Shown here in pieces: positions 50,707-61,800 of a stretch of 64,000 nucleotides of DNA. Position numbers and translations under genes: made by a program. This DNA comes from Vitrella brassicaformis CCMP3155 (lineage: Eukaryota; Protista; Chromerida). Each line of letters starts with the position of its first letter. The first letter of the stretch is position 1. The stretch covers positions 1 to 64,000 of the forward strand of contig CDMY01000007.1 in NCBI GenBank assembly GCA_001179505.1. The letters are read 5' to 3'. The notes beneath the pieces are model-generated. The model searched no databases. It was not told the origin of the DNA and was given only the letters and a program-made list of their open reading frames with translations.

Positions 50707-51639
50707 CTATGCTGCCAGCCGGGACGAGCATGGAGGGCGCGCGAGCGGACGGACTGAACGGATCGTTGGGGATGCGATCGACGGGAGGGAAGGAAGACGG
50801 ACTAACAGCACCGGTGGACGACGAGGACGGACCGAACGAGGTATGATGGCGTCCACCTGTCCCGTAAAGCACCCGTCCGCGAATTCAAACCTGCGTATGA
50901 GCTGCAGCAAAGGTGTCAACAGACTGCTGTGTGTGGGAGGCATTATGTGCATGGGACGAGCGTACCACCAGCTCGGCGCCGGGATACAGCAGGTCTGAGT
51001 CGACGGAATACATAAACCTGACTCCAGAACAGAAGAACAGTCACGTTGTTGCTGCGTCTAAGCTGCTCTCGACTCACATGAAGATGTAGAAGACCGTACT
51101 CGGCCTCGTTGCCAGGCGTCCCGCACCAATCGAACACGCTATCGGCACCAAACAGCTCGTCAAACACCTGCACCAAGACAGACAAGCCAAGATGGGAAGG
51201 AAAATCTTGCCCCGCTCTGCTGTGTTGCCGAGCGCCGCTTCTCACCAGTGCGATTGCAGCTTCGACGGCTTCCCGACGAGCCTTGCCTCGCCGGGTGGAC
51301 GTGGGCGGTTTGTTGGTGTGGGGAGTGCCCTCAAGGACAATGTAGCACTTCTGGACACCCCGCCGCCGGAGGTAGAGCAGCAATGGCCGCGTGTGGCGCT
51401 CGATGATGAGCTCGGCGAGTGCGTCAAATGGGAGCCGCCGAAGATCCTCCTCGCCAAAACCATGATGTCGGCGGAGATGGGCAAAACCGGTATGAAACAG
51501 CTTGGGACCCTGAAGCGCACCAGGAGGTGTCTGCAGTGTTCCCCCGCAAAGCGCTGAGTGGAAGAGGCGCTGACCTCCATTGCGATAGCGGCGGGGATGG
51601 GGGCATCAGCAGCTTGAGCAGCGCCATTCCGCTCCACAT
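50707..51639 (-). pseudogene. XPG/FEN1/Exo1-family (PIN-fold) nuclease-like relic
   Basis: Motifs in the family order: LSALRGNTADTSW; LLLYLRRRGVQKCYIVLEGTPHTNKPPTSTRRGKARREAVEAA; TPGNEAEYGLLHL; MYSVDSDLLYPGAELVVR. The first motif is in a different frame from the second (199 nt apart), so there is a frameshift or an unrecognised intron. Confidence 0.5.
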
Positions 51640-51830
51640 ACAGGTGGTTGCTGCTTGCGGCTTTTACAGACAGCTGATGTCACTCCTTTGAGGCCCATCT
51701 ACGGAACCCGATTGCAGCAGCGGTTGGGGGACGAGAGAGCGGTTCAGACGCCATTGCGAGCTGCGAGCTGCAGGTTGAGCCTGGTTGTGAAATTCTGGTG
51801 TGCGAAGAGAGCGAAGCCACGCACGCCACC

Positions 51831-52892
51831 ATGTCAAGCACCCTCACCCTGACGAGCGGGAGGGGCTTTTTTTGGCGCGATGCAGACGCCGCCGTCCTTG
51901 GCAGAGGTCGGGGCGGCCGTGTGTTCCGCTGGGACGGGGAGGACGGCATCAGCGGCGAGGCGGGTAAGGCCGCCATCAAGGTGAGAGGCGTCCAAGCGGA
52001 GCTCAAGGAGGAGGAGAAGAAGGCGCTGGCACGGGAGATGCAAGTGGAGGCGAGCAGGATGAACGAGGTCGGCCACAAGCCTCCTTTCCTGCCCCTCCTC
52101 TTCGCCGACACGGACCCACTCGCGGCGCCGACCTTCATAAGAAAGAGCGGGAACCCCATCCCCTGCGTAGCCATCGGGATGCCACTGCTGGGAGGTGAGT
52201 GACTGCACACATGCACTGACTGCACTGATGGGAGGGGGGAGGACAGAACACGGGAGGACCAGCTGGTGTGTGTGTGTGTGTGTGTGTGGTCAGAGGAGAG
52301 GTGGATAGAGATGAGCAAGCTGCTGTTTGAGACTGAGCACAAGGAGGCGTTGTTCAATGTGCGGCTGCTGGCGAACAAGACTGGGAGGACGCCCAGCGAC
52401 CGGCTGGCCATCCGCGAGGGGCTGCTGGTCATCACTCGAGCGGTGCGCGAGGCCATTCGAGGACACAAGGAGGCGCTCAAGCACAAGATGCTCTGCATCG
52501 ACCACTTCCTCAACAATGTGTTCATCGAATGGTCCGCCCTGCTGGGTGACGACTCGCCATCCCGCCCCTTGGCCTGCCAGCCGGCCTCCACCTGCCACAG
52601 CCGCTTCATTGACGCCGCCAATGTCGTCAAGATGCAGCAGCCAGGACCCGCCATGACCCCCACCACCGACGCCCCTCCCCCATCCCCTCCCGCACACCTC
52701 GCACCCACCTGCGCCCTCGTCCCCCTCACAGCAGCCGCCAAGCAGGCCGAGCAGCAGGCGCCCGCGGGCACACGGTCCTTCCGGCCGCCCGAGCTGATCG
52801 CGGTGTACGTCGCGCAAGCCAGATGGCAATCCCAACGCGGAAACCTTTGCGGGCCTGACGGAGGGATTGACAGACGCTCAGCGCGAGACCAT
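51831..52892 (+). CDS. Divergent eukaryotic-type protein kinase, 5' copy (interrupted by a junction and a gap)
   Basis: gccaccATG at 51831. Gly-loop VLGRGRGGRVFRW, beta3 AAIKV, alphaC MQVEASRM, intron after PLLGG, catalytic-loop-like LCIDHFLNNVF, FIDAAN, FRPPE. The frame is lost at about 52813. Confidence 0.6.
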
Positions 52893-53192
52893 NNNNNNNN
52901 NNNNNNNNNNNNNNNNNNNNNNNNNNNNNNNNNNNNNNNNNNNNNNNNNNNNNNNNNNNNNNNNNNNNNNNNNNNNNNNNNNNNNNNNNNNNNNNNNNNN
53001 NNNNNNNNNNNNNNNNNNNNNNNNNNNNNNNNNNNNNNNNNNNNNNNNNNNNNNNNNNNNNNNNNNNNNNNNNNNNNNNNNNNNNNNNNNNNNNNNNNNN
53101 NNNNNNNNNNNNNNNNNNNNNNNNNNNNNNNNNNNNNNNNNNNNNNNNNNNNNNNNNNNNNNNNNNNNNNNNNNNNNNNNNNNNNNNNNNNN
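52893..53192. other. Assembly gap (N run)
   Basis: 300 N. Confidence 1.
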
Positions 53193-55223
53193 CCTGCCCC
53201 TCCTCTTCGCCGACACGGACCCACTCGCGGCGCCGACCTTCATAAGAAAGAGCGGGAACCCCATCCCCTGCGTAGCCATCGGGATGCCACTGCTGGGAGG
53301 TGAGTGACTGCACACATGCACTGACTGCACTGATGGGAGGGGGGAGGACAGAACACGGGAGGACCAGCTGGTGTGTGTGTGTGTATGTGGTCAGAGGAGA
53401 GGTGGGTAGAGATGAGCAAGCTGCTGTTTGAGACTGAGCACAAGGAGGCGTTGTTCAATGTCCGGCTGCTGGCGAACATGACTGGGAGGACGCCCAGCGA
53501 CCGGCTGGCCATCCGCGAGGGGCTGCTGGTCATCACTCGAGCGGTGCGTGAGGCCATTCGAGGACACAAGGAGGCGCTCAAGCACAAGATGCTCTGCATC
53601 GACCACTTTCTCAACAATGTGTTCATCGAATGGTCCGCCCTGCTGGGTGACGACTCGCCATCCCGCCCCTTGGCCTGCCAGCCGGCCTCCACCTGCCACA
53701 GCCGCTTCATTGACGCCGCCAATGTCGTCAAGATGCAGCAGCCAGGACCCGCCATGACCCCCACCACCGACGCCCCTCCCCCATCCCCTCCCGCACACCT
53801 CGCACCCACCTGCGCCCTCGTCCCCCTCACAGCAGCCGCCAAGCAGGCCGAGCAGCAGGCGCCCGCGGGCACACGGTCCTTCCGGCCGCCCGAGCTGATC
53901 GCGGTGTACGTCGCCGAGATGGAGGAGTACGCGCGCAAGCCAGATGGGCTTCCCTCCGGGGAAACCTTTGATGGCCTCTTGAGTGGCGTGCCGGCCAATC
54001 AGGGCGAGACCATCACCGCCAACGTGCGTCAGCTGGCCGAGCGGCTGAGGGAGCAGTTCAAGAGCGACGGGGAGCTTGTGGGCGAGGGGGAGAAGGAGGG
54101 CATCTGGATGGGGCCGCCAACGATTGTCTGGGGGCTGGCGGCGCTTCTGCATAGTGTGGTGCGGGGACACACCCTGACCCGGCACCTCATTGCGAGGCTC
54201 ATCGTGAGGGCCGGGGTGATTGAGAAGGCGGTGTATGATAGGGCGCCGCTGTTTCGGGAAGACACTCTGCGCGGGCTGGACTGGGACGCCGCACTAGACG
54301 AGGTGACCGGCACCGATGGCCGCCCCACCATCGGCGAGGTGGACGACTGCCCCCTCAACGCCTTCTACGGCCTGCCAGGTCTCGAGTGGGTGGAGGAGTG
54401 GCAGTCGATCCTCTCGCGCGCCGCCAAGAAAGGGCTAAGCCGCCGGTGCGTCGACAGGGGGACGCTCGAGGAGCTGGCGACGGCCGTAGAGACGGCACTG
54501 GAGCTGCTGGAGGCGGATGCCGTGGGGGAGAGCGCATCTGCGCACTACCGGGTGGACATCCCCACTCCCACCACCGGCCTCACAAACACCCCACAGCAGC
54601 AGCACCAGCAGAAGAGCAGCCCGCCCGCACCAATGCCCGCCCCCACCATGCCGACGCCGATGCCGTGCCGCCCAGCTCAGCAGCAGCAGCACCAGCAGAA
54701 GAGCAGCCCGCCCCCACCAATGCCCGCCCCCACCATGCCGACGCCGATGCCGTGCCGCGCAGCTCAGCAGCAGCAGCACCAGCAGAAGAGCAGCCCGCCC
54801 CCACCAATGCCCGTCTGGCCGCCCTCATTCCCATTCCACAACCCCGCACCAGCCGTCAACCCCACATATCACCATGCCCAGCGCGTGCAGCCCCCCGCCA
54901 ATCCTTTCCAGCCATGGAAGGCGATGGTGGTGGAGCTGCCGTGGCACCCGGGCGCCTTTGAGGGGTGGCGGCTCAACTCCCGCAGTGGGGAGTGGGAGCT
55001 CTGGGAGCTGGAGGGGAGGAGGGTGGACGAGAACGGCGCTTGGCTGGACACATGGGCGGTGCGCACAGAGGACCAGGACGCCAACACCCGCCTCCTCTCG
55101 CTGCTCTCCACTGCGTCAATTGCGATAGACGACGCCAGGGCGGCCATCAAAAGGGCGGCGGAGGAGGCGGCTGGGTGGATAGCCACTACCACGACACACC
55201 TTTTCGGGTGTGGCGGGCAGTGA
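53193..55223 (+). CDS. Divergent protein kinase, 3' copy (end of exon 1 plus complete long exon 2, Pro/Gln repeats, Trp-rich tail)
   Basis: 53193-53913 nearly duplicates 52088-52813. The exon from about 53394 is open to the stop at 55223 (the 616-aa ORF), with the CIDHFLNN, FIDAAN and FRPPE motifs. Confidence 0.65.
54594..54812 (+). repeat. 87-nt coding tandem repeat (QQQHQQKSSPPxPMPAPTMPTPMPCRxAQ, about 2.5 copies)
   Basis: Units start at 54594, 54681 and 54768. Confidence 0.92.
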
Positions 55224-56157
55224 CGCCCACGCACCCACCCGCCCACATGTCTCTGTGGTACTCGGATGACGACCCCGACAACCATGACGACCACAGAGGG
55301 GGGGAGGGGGGCGGACGCGGCCATGACAGGGAGCTGCTGCTGCGGCAGGAAGTGTTGGTGGCGGTGGTTGGGAGGGGTCTGGTTTGGCCAAGATGGATGT
55401 AGACGAGGGTCACGTTGGTGTGGGTTGTGGGTGTGGGTGTGGGTGTGGAGAGGGGGAGAAGCCCAACGTGCGGCGTGTGAATCTGGATGGAGAGATGTGG
55501 GCCGCCATCCCGGAGCGCATCTCTCTTGCCGTTGGTGTGTCCGTGTGGGTGGGGTGGCTGAGCAGAGCGGCGGCGTCTTGACGAAGAGTGGCATTGCAGA
55601 GGTCCTTCGTGCCTGACGACCGCGACAGACGTCTCGACAGGTTACATATCTGAGGGTTGTTCGTGTCGAGAGGGTATGCGTCGACTGGGAGACGGTGTGG
55701 TCAAAGGACTTCGTCAGCAGACGCGACGCGAGGTGAGTGAGCCATATCCCGTGCAGTCAGCCTCAATACATACCTGATGCCGACTGACTGACTGACTGAC
55801 TGCCCGCTCTGCTCTGCTGTGCTCTGCTCTGCTGTGTGTGTGGCCACAGGTCTGTAGTACACGGTCGTCTGCATTCGATTGCCAAGGCCCCCCAATCTCG
55901 GTGAGATCCCCGAGATTCATCAGCCGGGTGGCGATGAGGGCGGGAAGCCGGACTTCTCGCTCGTGCGTGTGAGCAACGAGGCCCTGGTTAACGGTCGCGG
56001 CGTGCCGTTGTTGTTCAGCCCGTGTCAGTGGGTGTGTCGGCTGGAGGTCATGATGTACCCTGGTGGTGAGGGCCGCGAGGATGACTTCTGCCTGTCCAAG
56101 CAGGAGGGCGGGCGGCGCACCCTTCGTCAAGACGGCGTCCCGTGCCAACCTGCAGCC

Positions 56158-56457
56158 NNNNNNNNNNNNNNNNNNNNNNNNNNNNNNNNNNNNNNNNNNN
56201 NNNNNNNNNNNNNNNNNNNNNNNNNNNNNNNNNNNNNNNNNNNNNNNNNNNNNNNNNNNNNNNNNNNNNNNNNNNNNNNNNNNNNNNNNNNNNNNNNNNN
56301 NNNNNNNNNNNNNNNNNNNNNNNNNNNNNNNNNNNNNNNNNNNNNNNNNNNNNNNNNNNNNNNNNNNNNNNNNNNNNNNNNNNNNNNNNNNNNNNNNNNN
56401 NNNNNNNNNNNNNNNNNNNNNNNNNNNNNNNNNNNNNNNNNNNNNNNNNNNNNNNNN
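56158..56457. other. Assembly gap (N run)
   Basis: 300 N. Confidence 1.
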
Positions 56458-57329
56458 TGGTTGGGAGGGGTCTGGTTTAGCCAAGATGGATGTAGACGAG
56501 GGTCGGTAACGTTGGTGTGGGTGTGGGTGTGGGTGTGGAGAGGGGGAGAAGCCCAACGTGCGGCGTGTGAATCTGGATGGAGAGATGTGGACCGCCATCC
56601 CGGAGTGCATCTCTCTTGCCGTTGGTGTGTCCGTGTGGGTGGGGTGGCTCAGCAGAGCGGCGGCGTCTTGACGAGGAGTGGCATTGCAGAGGTCCTTCGT
56701 GCCTGACGACCGCGACAGACGTCTCGACAGGTTACATATCTGAGGGTTGTTCGTGTCGAGAGGGTATGCGTCGACTGGGAGACGGTGTGGTCAAAGGACT
56801 TCGTCAGCAGACGCGACGCGAGGTGAGTGAGCCATATCCCGTGCAGTCAGCCTCAATACATACCTGATGCCGACTGACTGACTGACTGACTGCCCGCTCT
56901 GCTCTGCTGTGCTCTGCTCTGCTGTGTGTGTGGCCACAGGTCTGTAGTACACGGTCGTCTGCATTCGATTGCCAAGGCCCCCCAATCTCGGTGAGATCCC
57001 CGAGATTCATCAGCCGGGTGGCGATGAGGGCGGGAAGCCGGACTTCTCGCTCGTGCGTGTGAGCAACGAGGCCCTGGTTAACGGTCGCGGCGTGCCGTTG
57101 TTGTTCAGCCCGTGTCAGTGGGTGTGTCGGCTGGAGGTCATGATGTACCCTGGTGGTGAGGGCCGCGAGGATGACTTCTGCCTGTCCAAGCAGGAGGGCG
57201 GGCGGCGCACCCTTCGTCAAGACGGCGTCCCGTGCCAACCTGCAGCCTCTGGTGCCCTACTGCAAGCACTGCAGCACCGAGAACCTGACCACCGTCAGAG
57301 ACGCCATCCCATCCCTCAGTGCGCAGCTG

Positions 57330-57629
57330 NNNNNNNNNNNNNNNNNNNNNNNNNNNNNNNNNNNNNNNNNNNNNNNNNNNNNNNNNNNNNNNNNNNNNNN
57401 NNNNNNNNNNNNNNNNNNNNNNNNNNNNNNNNNNNNNNNNNNNNNNNNNNNNNNNNNNNNNNNNNNNNNNNNNNNNNNNNNNNNNNNNNNNNNNNNNNNN
57501 NNNNNNNNNNNNNNNNNNNNNNNNNNNNNNNNNNNNNNNNNNNNNNNNNNNNNNNNNNNNNNNNNNNNNNNNNNNNNNNNNNNNNNNNNNNNNNNNNNNN
57601 NNNNNNNNNNNNNNNNNNNNNNNNNNNNN
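57330..57629. other. Assembly gap (N run)
   Basis: 300 N. Confidence 1.
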
Positions 57630-58785
57630 GGATGTAGACGAGGGTCGGTAACGTTGGTGTGGGTGTGGGTGTGGGTGTGGAGAGGGGGAGAAGCCCAACG
57701 TGCGGCGTGTGAATCTGGATGGAGAGATGTGGACCGCCATCCCGGAGTGCATCTCTCTTGCCGTTGGTGTGTCCGTGTGGGTGGGGTGGCTCAGCAGAGC
57801 GGCGGCGTCTTGACGAGGAGTGGCATTGCAGAGGTCCTTCGTGCCTGACGACCGCGACAGACGTCTCGACAGGTTACATATCTGAGGGTTGTTCGTGTCG
57901 AGAGGGTATGCGTCGACTGGGAGACGGTGTGGTCAAAGGACTTCGTCAGCAGACGCGACGCGAGGTGAGTGAGCCATATCCCGTGCAGTCAGCCTCAATA
58001 CATACCTGATGCCGACTGACTGACTGACTGACTGCCCGCTCTGCTCTGCTGTGCTCTGCTCTGCTGTGTGTGTGGCCACAGGTCTGTAGTACACGGTCGT
58101 CTGCATTCGATTGCCAAGGCCCCCCAATCTCGGTGAGATCCCCGAGATTCATCAGCCGGGTGGCGATGAGGGCGGGAAGCCGGACTTCTCGCTCGTGCGT
58201 GTGAGCAACGAGGCCCTGGTTAACGGTCGCGGCGTGCCGTTGTTGTTCAGCCCGTGTCAGTGGGTGTGTCGGCTGGAGGTCATGATGTACCCTGGTGGTG
58301 AGGGCCGCGAGGATGACTTCTGCCTGTCCAAGCAGGAGGGCGGGCGGCGCACCCTTCGTCAAGACGGCGTCCCGTGCCAACCTGCAGCCTCTGGTGCCCT
58401 ACTGCAAGCACTGCAGCACCGAGAACCTGACCACCGTCAGAGACGCCATCCCATCCCTCAGTGCGCAGCTGCAGCAGGCCAAGGCAGGCACGCTTGTCGA
58501 GTGGAGGGACAACGGCAGCATATCCCTGACCAACAGCCACCCCCATTGCCATGACCCCTTTCACCACGTCGCGTGTGCCTCTGACGAGGACGGTGGCCAT
58601 GCCGCCACTTCCCTGCGACACACAACTGGCACCGTCAAAATGCCGCGACAACAACAACAGCAGCAGCAGCAGCAGGCACCCCCTAAGCCACCCAGCTTGG
58701 CTGTCCATGCGTCCCCGTTCCCTGCCCATCGTGACGGCATGACCACCACAGTCCATCATCCGCCGGCAGCATCCCCGCCGACACG

Positions 58786-60700
58786 ATGGAGGTGCTGTGG
58801 CGGCATGGTGTGGTCCGTTTGATGCGTAACGCGTCAATGGATCTGGTGGCTGCGGTACTGCGCGGAGCGGCCATGTGTACCAAACAGCTCGGGCCGTGGG
58901 CCAAGTTGATGTGCGCAACCTTCAGAGGGTACGTGAGGGAGCCTGGAGGCACCAGGCAATGGCTCATGTGTGTGTCTCCTGTGTGTGTGTCTTGGCAGGT
59001 GGGCCATGTCAGTCGTCCGAGCCAAGCCACGATGGGCGGGGGAAGGCCGTTCCGGCCGTATCCCGTCCATCACCCGTGGATGGCGCAGGACAACACACAT
59101 GCCCTCCCTCTGGTTGCCGAGCAGCGCTCTACCTCCATCTATGACCACCCGAGCGCCTGTGAGATCGCCCAGAGACTCGTCACACACGACGGCAGCCAGC
59201 TAGATGCCGCCCTGGTCGAGCGGCTGCAGTTCATCGGCCACACGCTGTTCCGCGAGGGCATCAGCCGGCAGTGGCAGAGGTGGACGCCGGAGCAGAGGGC
59301 ATCGGTCAAGGCGGTGCTGCTGTTCTACCCCACTCACCTGCCGGCCGACCGTCTTCGATCGCCCATTGTGCGGCAACAGTGTGCAGCTGGGCAGCTGGAC
59401 CTCCACCAGTACATCCGAGCCAGACACACGCCAGACGCACCATACACAGCTGAGGTACACCCATGGAGAGACAGGCACACTCAGTGGTGGTCGATCATTA
59501 TGTGTTGTGTTTCGTGTGGTTGGGTGTGTGTCAGATGAACGAGGTTGCGATGCAGGTGGCGTACATCCTGAGTGAGTTCCTGGAGACGTCAGGCGACGTG
59601 CTGCTGCAGAGGCTCCCCGTCGACACCATCGCCGTGCTGTGGCGGCATGGTGTGGTCCGCCTGATGCGTAACGCGTCGATGGACCTGGTGGCTGCGGTGC
59701 TGCGCGGAGCGGCCATGTGTACCAGACAGCTCGGGCCGTGGGCCAAGTTGATATGTGCGACCTTCAGAGGGTACGTGAGGGAGCCTGGAGGCACCAGGCA
59801 ATGGCTCATGTGTGTGTCTCCTGTGTGTGTGCCTTGGCAGGTGGGCCATGTGAGTCGTCCGAGCCAGCCCACGATGGGCGGGGGAAGGCCGTTCCGGCCG
59901 TATCCCGTCCATCACAGATGGCTCAGGACAACACACATGCCCTCCCTCTAGTTGCCCAGCAGCGCTCTACCTTCATCTATGACCACTCGAGCGCCTGTGA
60001 GATCGCCCAGAGACTCGTCACACACGACGGCAGCCAGCTGGATGGCGCCCTGGCCCAGCGCGTGCAGTTCATCGGCCACACGCTGTTCCGCGAGGCCATC
60101 AGCAGGCAGTGGCAGGGGTGGACGCCGGAGCAGAGGGCATCGGTCAAGGGAGTGCTGCTGTCCTACCCCACTCACCTGCCGGCGGACCGTCTTCGATCGC
60201 CCGTCTTCAGCGGCAGGGCCGAGGGCACAACTTCCCGACTGGTTCCTCGCCGAATAATTCACCAGTAAGCCACAGGCCCACACCCACACCCACACAGACA
60301 CACGCGCATGCCGTTCTCCTTTTCTCAGGTCTGCTGCTGGTGCGGATATTCCGTCTGGGCGACCCCCCCTCCTCCCGCCGATGAAGGAGCGAAGGCCCTA
60401 AGGGCCATCGACGCCGTCGCCACCGACCTGACATCGACGGCTACGGGTGCGGGCAGTGACGTGCCGCTCTGTGTAGATGCGCACGGCATCAGCTGGACCG
60501 AGAGGGTGGCGCAGCAGGTGGAGAGTGAGGAGATGGACCACCGTGTGGAGCCGGGGCGAGTGCGCGCGTACGTGAGGAGGGGGTGGATGTCGGGGAGGGG
60601 CAATCAACGGTGTGTAAGCACACCCGACCATCAATCATGTCAGGATGTCAGTGTAGACATTGGCATTTTTGGTGGGTATGTGTACTTTCTGGTTGCGTGA
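58786..60700 (+). pseudogene. Tandemly duplicated gene fragment with karyopherin-beta/exportin-like N-terminal HEAT resemblance
   Basis: 58792-59364 repeats at 59634-60202 (period about 840), with substitutions and a net 4-nt loss that frameshifts copy 2. The peptide AEQRSTSIYDHPSACEIAQRL...LQFIGHTLFREGISRQWQRWTPEQRASVKAVLLFY..RSPIVRQQ resembles the IBN_N region of exportins. The duplication is certain; the family call is tentative. Confidence 0.4.
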
Positions 60701-60939
60701 CTGACTTATTTGTGAATGGCTTTTCATGTCATGCGGTGTTCCCGTCTGTCTTTGCCACCTGACCTGACCTGACCGGCTCTAGCCAGGCGTCCCGTCCACC
60801 GAGAGAGGAGAACAGCCGTTTGTTTGCTGTGTGCTTTGGACACTAATCTGATTGATCCCACTCACTCACTGACTGACTCACTGACTGACTTTCTCGTGAT
60901 GGTACGTACGTCAATGTGCGTGTCCGCGTGTGTGTGTGT

Positions 60940-61800
60940 GTGTGTAAGGATCACTTACTACCTCCCAGGCAGGCAACCACGCAGGCATCACACTCGCTCC
61001 ACACACCGGGCGCGTTGGCACGCAGGTGTTTTGCCCTTGCGGGAGTGCAATCAGTTCCTCCGCATCCGACTCACTTTGCCGTCCATCCGTGCTGTTGCGG
61101 GTTTTGCCGACACCAGCCGTCCGTACTCGGCATCGCTCTCCTTTTCTTATCCCGACCGTACAGTACGTCGGCGGCACGGCAGCCATTTGAGTATTGGCGT
61201 GACAACTTGGCTCTCTGTATGTATGTCTCCTTGGCCACCTCATGTGTGTGTTTGTGTGTGTGTGTGGTCCTTCATTTTTCATAGCTGCCGCTGACAGCGC
61301 ACTGTCCGCACTGTTCGCCGTCACTTGTTTGCAGTGCATCACCCCATCAGCTGTACTCGCACCCGTCACTGACCCCATCAGCTGTGTGTTTGTATGCACT
61401 CGTGCCCGACTTCTCGTGCAGTGCAGGGGCTGCTCGGGTGTTCTGGTGTGTGTGTGTGTGTGTAAGGAGCACTGCTCCCTATCAGGCAGGCAGGCAGCCA
61501 CGCAGGCATCATACTCGCTCTACAGACAACCCGGCTCACTGCGGAATGGCGGGCAGGTCTTTTGTCCCTCCGGCAGCGCATGTCCTCCTCGTCTGGCTGA
61601 TTTTGCCACACACAGGAGGGAGGAGCCCCCCTCACCCCCCACTGCAACATCGCTCGATCTAGTCTCATCCATCATGTATGCGTGCATGTGTGTGTTTGTG
61701 TGTGTGTGAAAGGCTGTACTCACTATCTACCGGACAGCACAGGCAGGCATCGCACCCAGGCAGGCAGTCTCCACGCACAACCGGGCTGCGCACCCCGAGT
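60940..61800 (+). repeat. Three degenerate ~80-90 nt units, each following a (TG)n tract
   Basis: Units start near 60945, 61460 and 61705. Each has a caggcaggc..acgcaggcatc core and ends near accggg/acccgg. Confidence 0.55.

Larger units (their letters stand above)
55367..58470 (+). repeat. Three tandem copies of a ~0.8-1.1 kb spliced-gene-like unit separated by N gaps
   Basis: Copies at about 55367-56157, 56458-57329 and 57630-58470 share the same ORF peptides (RPPNLGEIPEIHQPGG..). Each has an intron containing (GACT)n and (CTGCT)n. Copies 2 and 3 look identical; copy 1 differs by several substitutions and indels. Confidence 0.9.

Noticed and set aside
50375-50872. 165-aa minus-strand ORF downstream of the nuclease relic as a separate gene
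   Set aside because: It has no recognisable motif and no clear start. It may be a frameshifted continuation of the relic, but I could not support a call.
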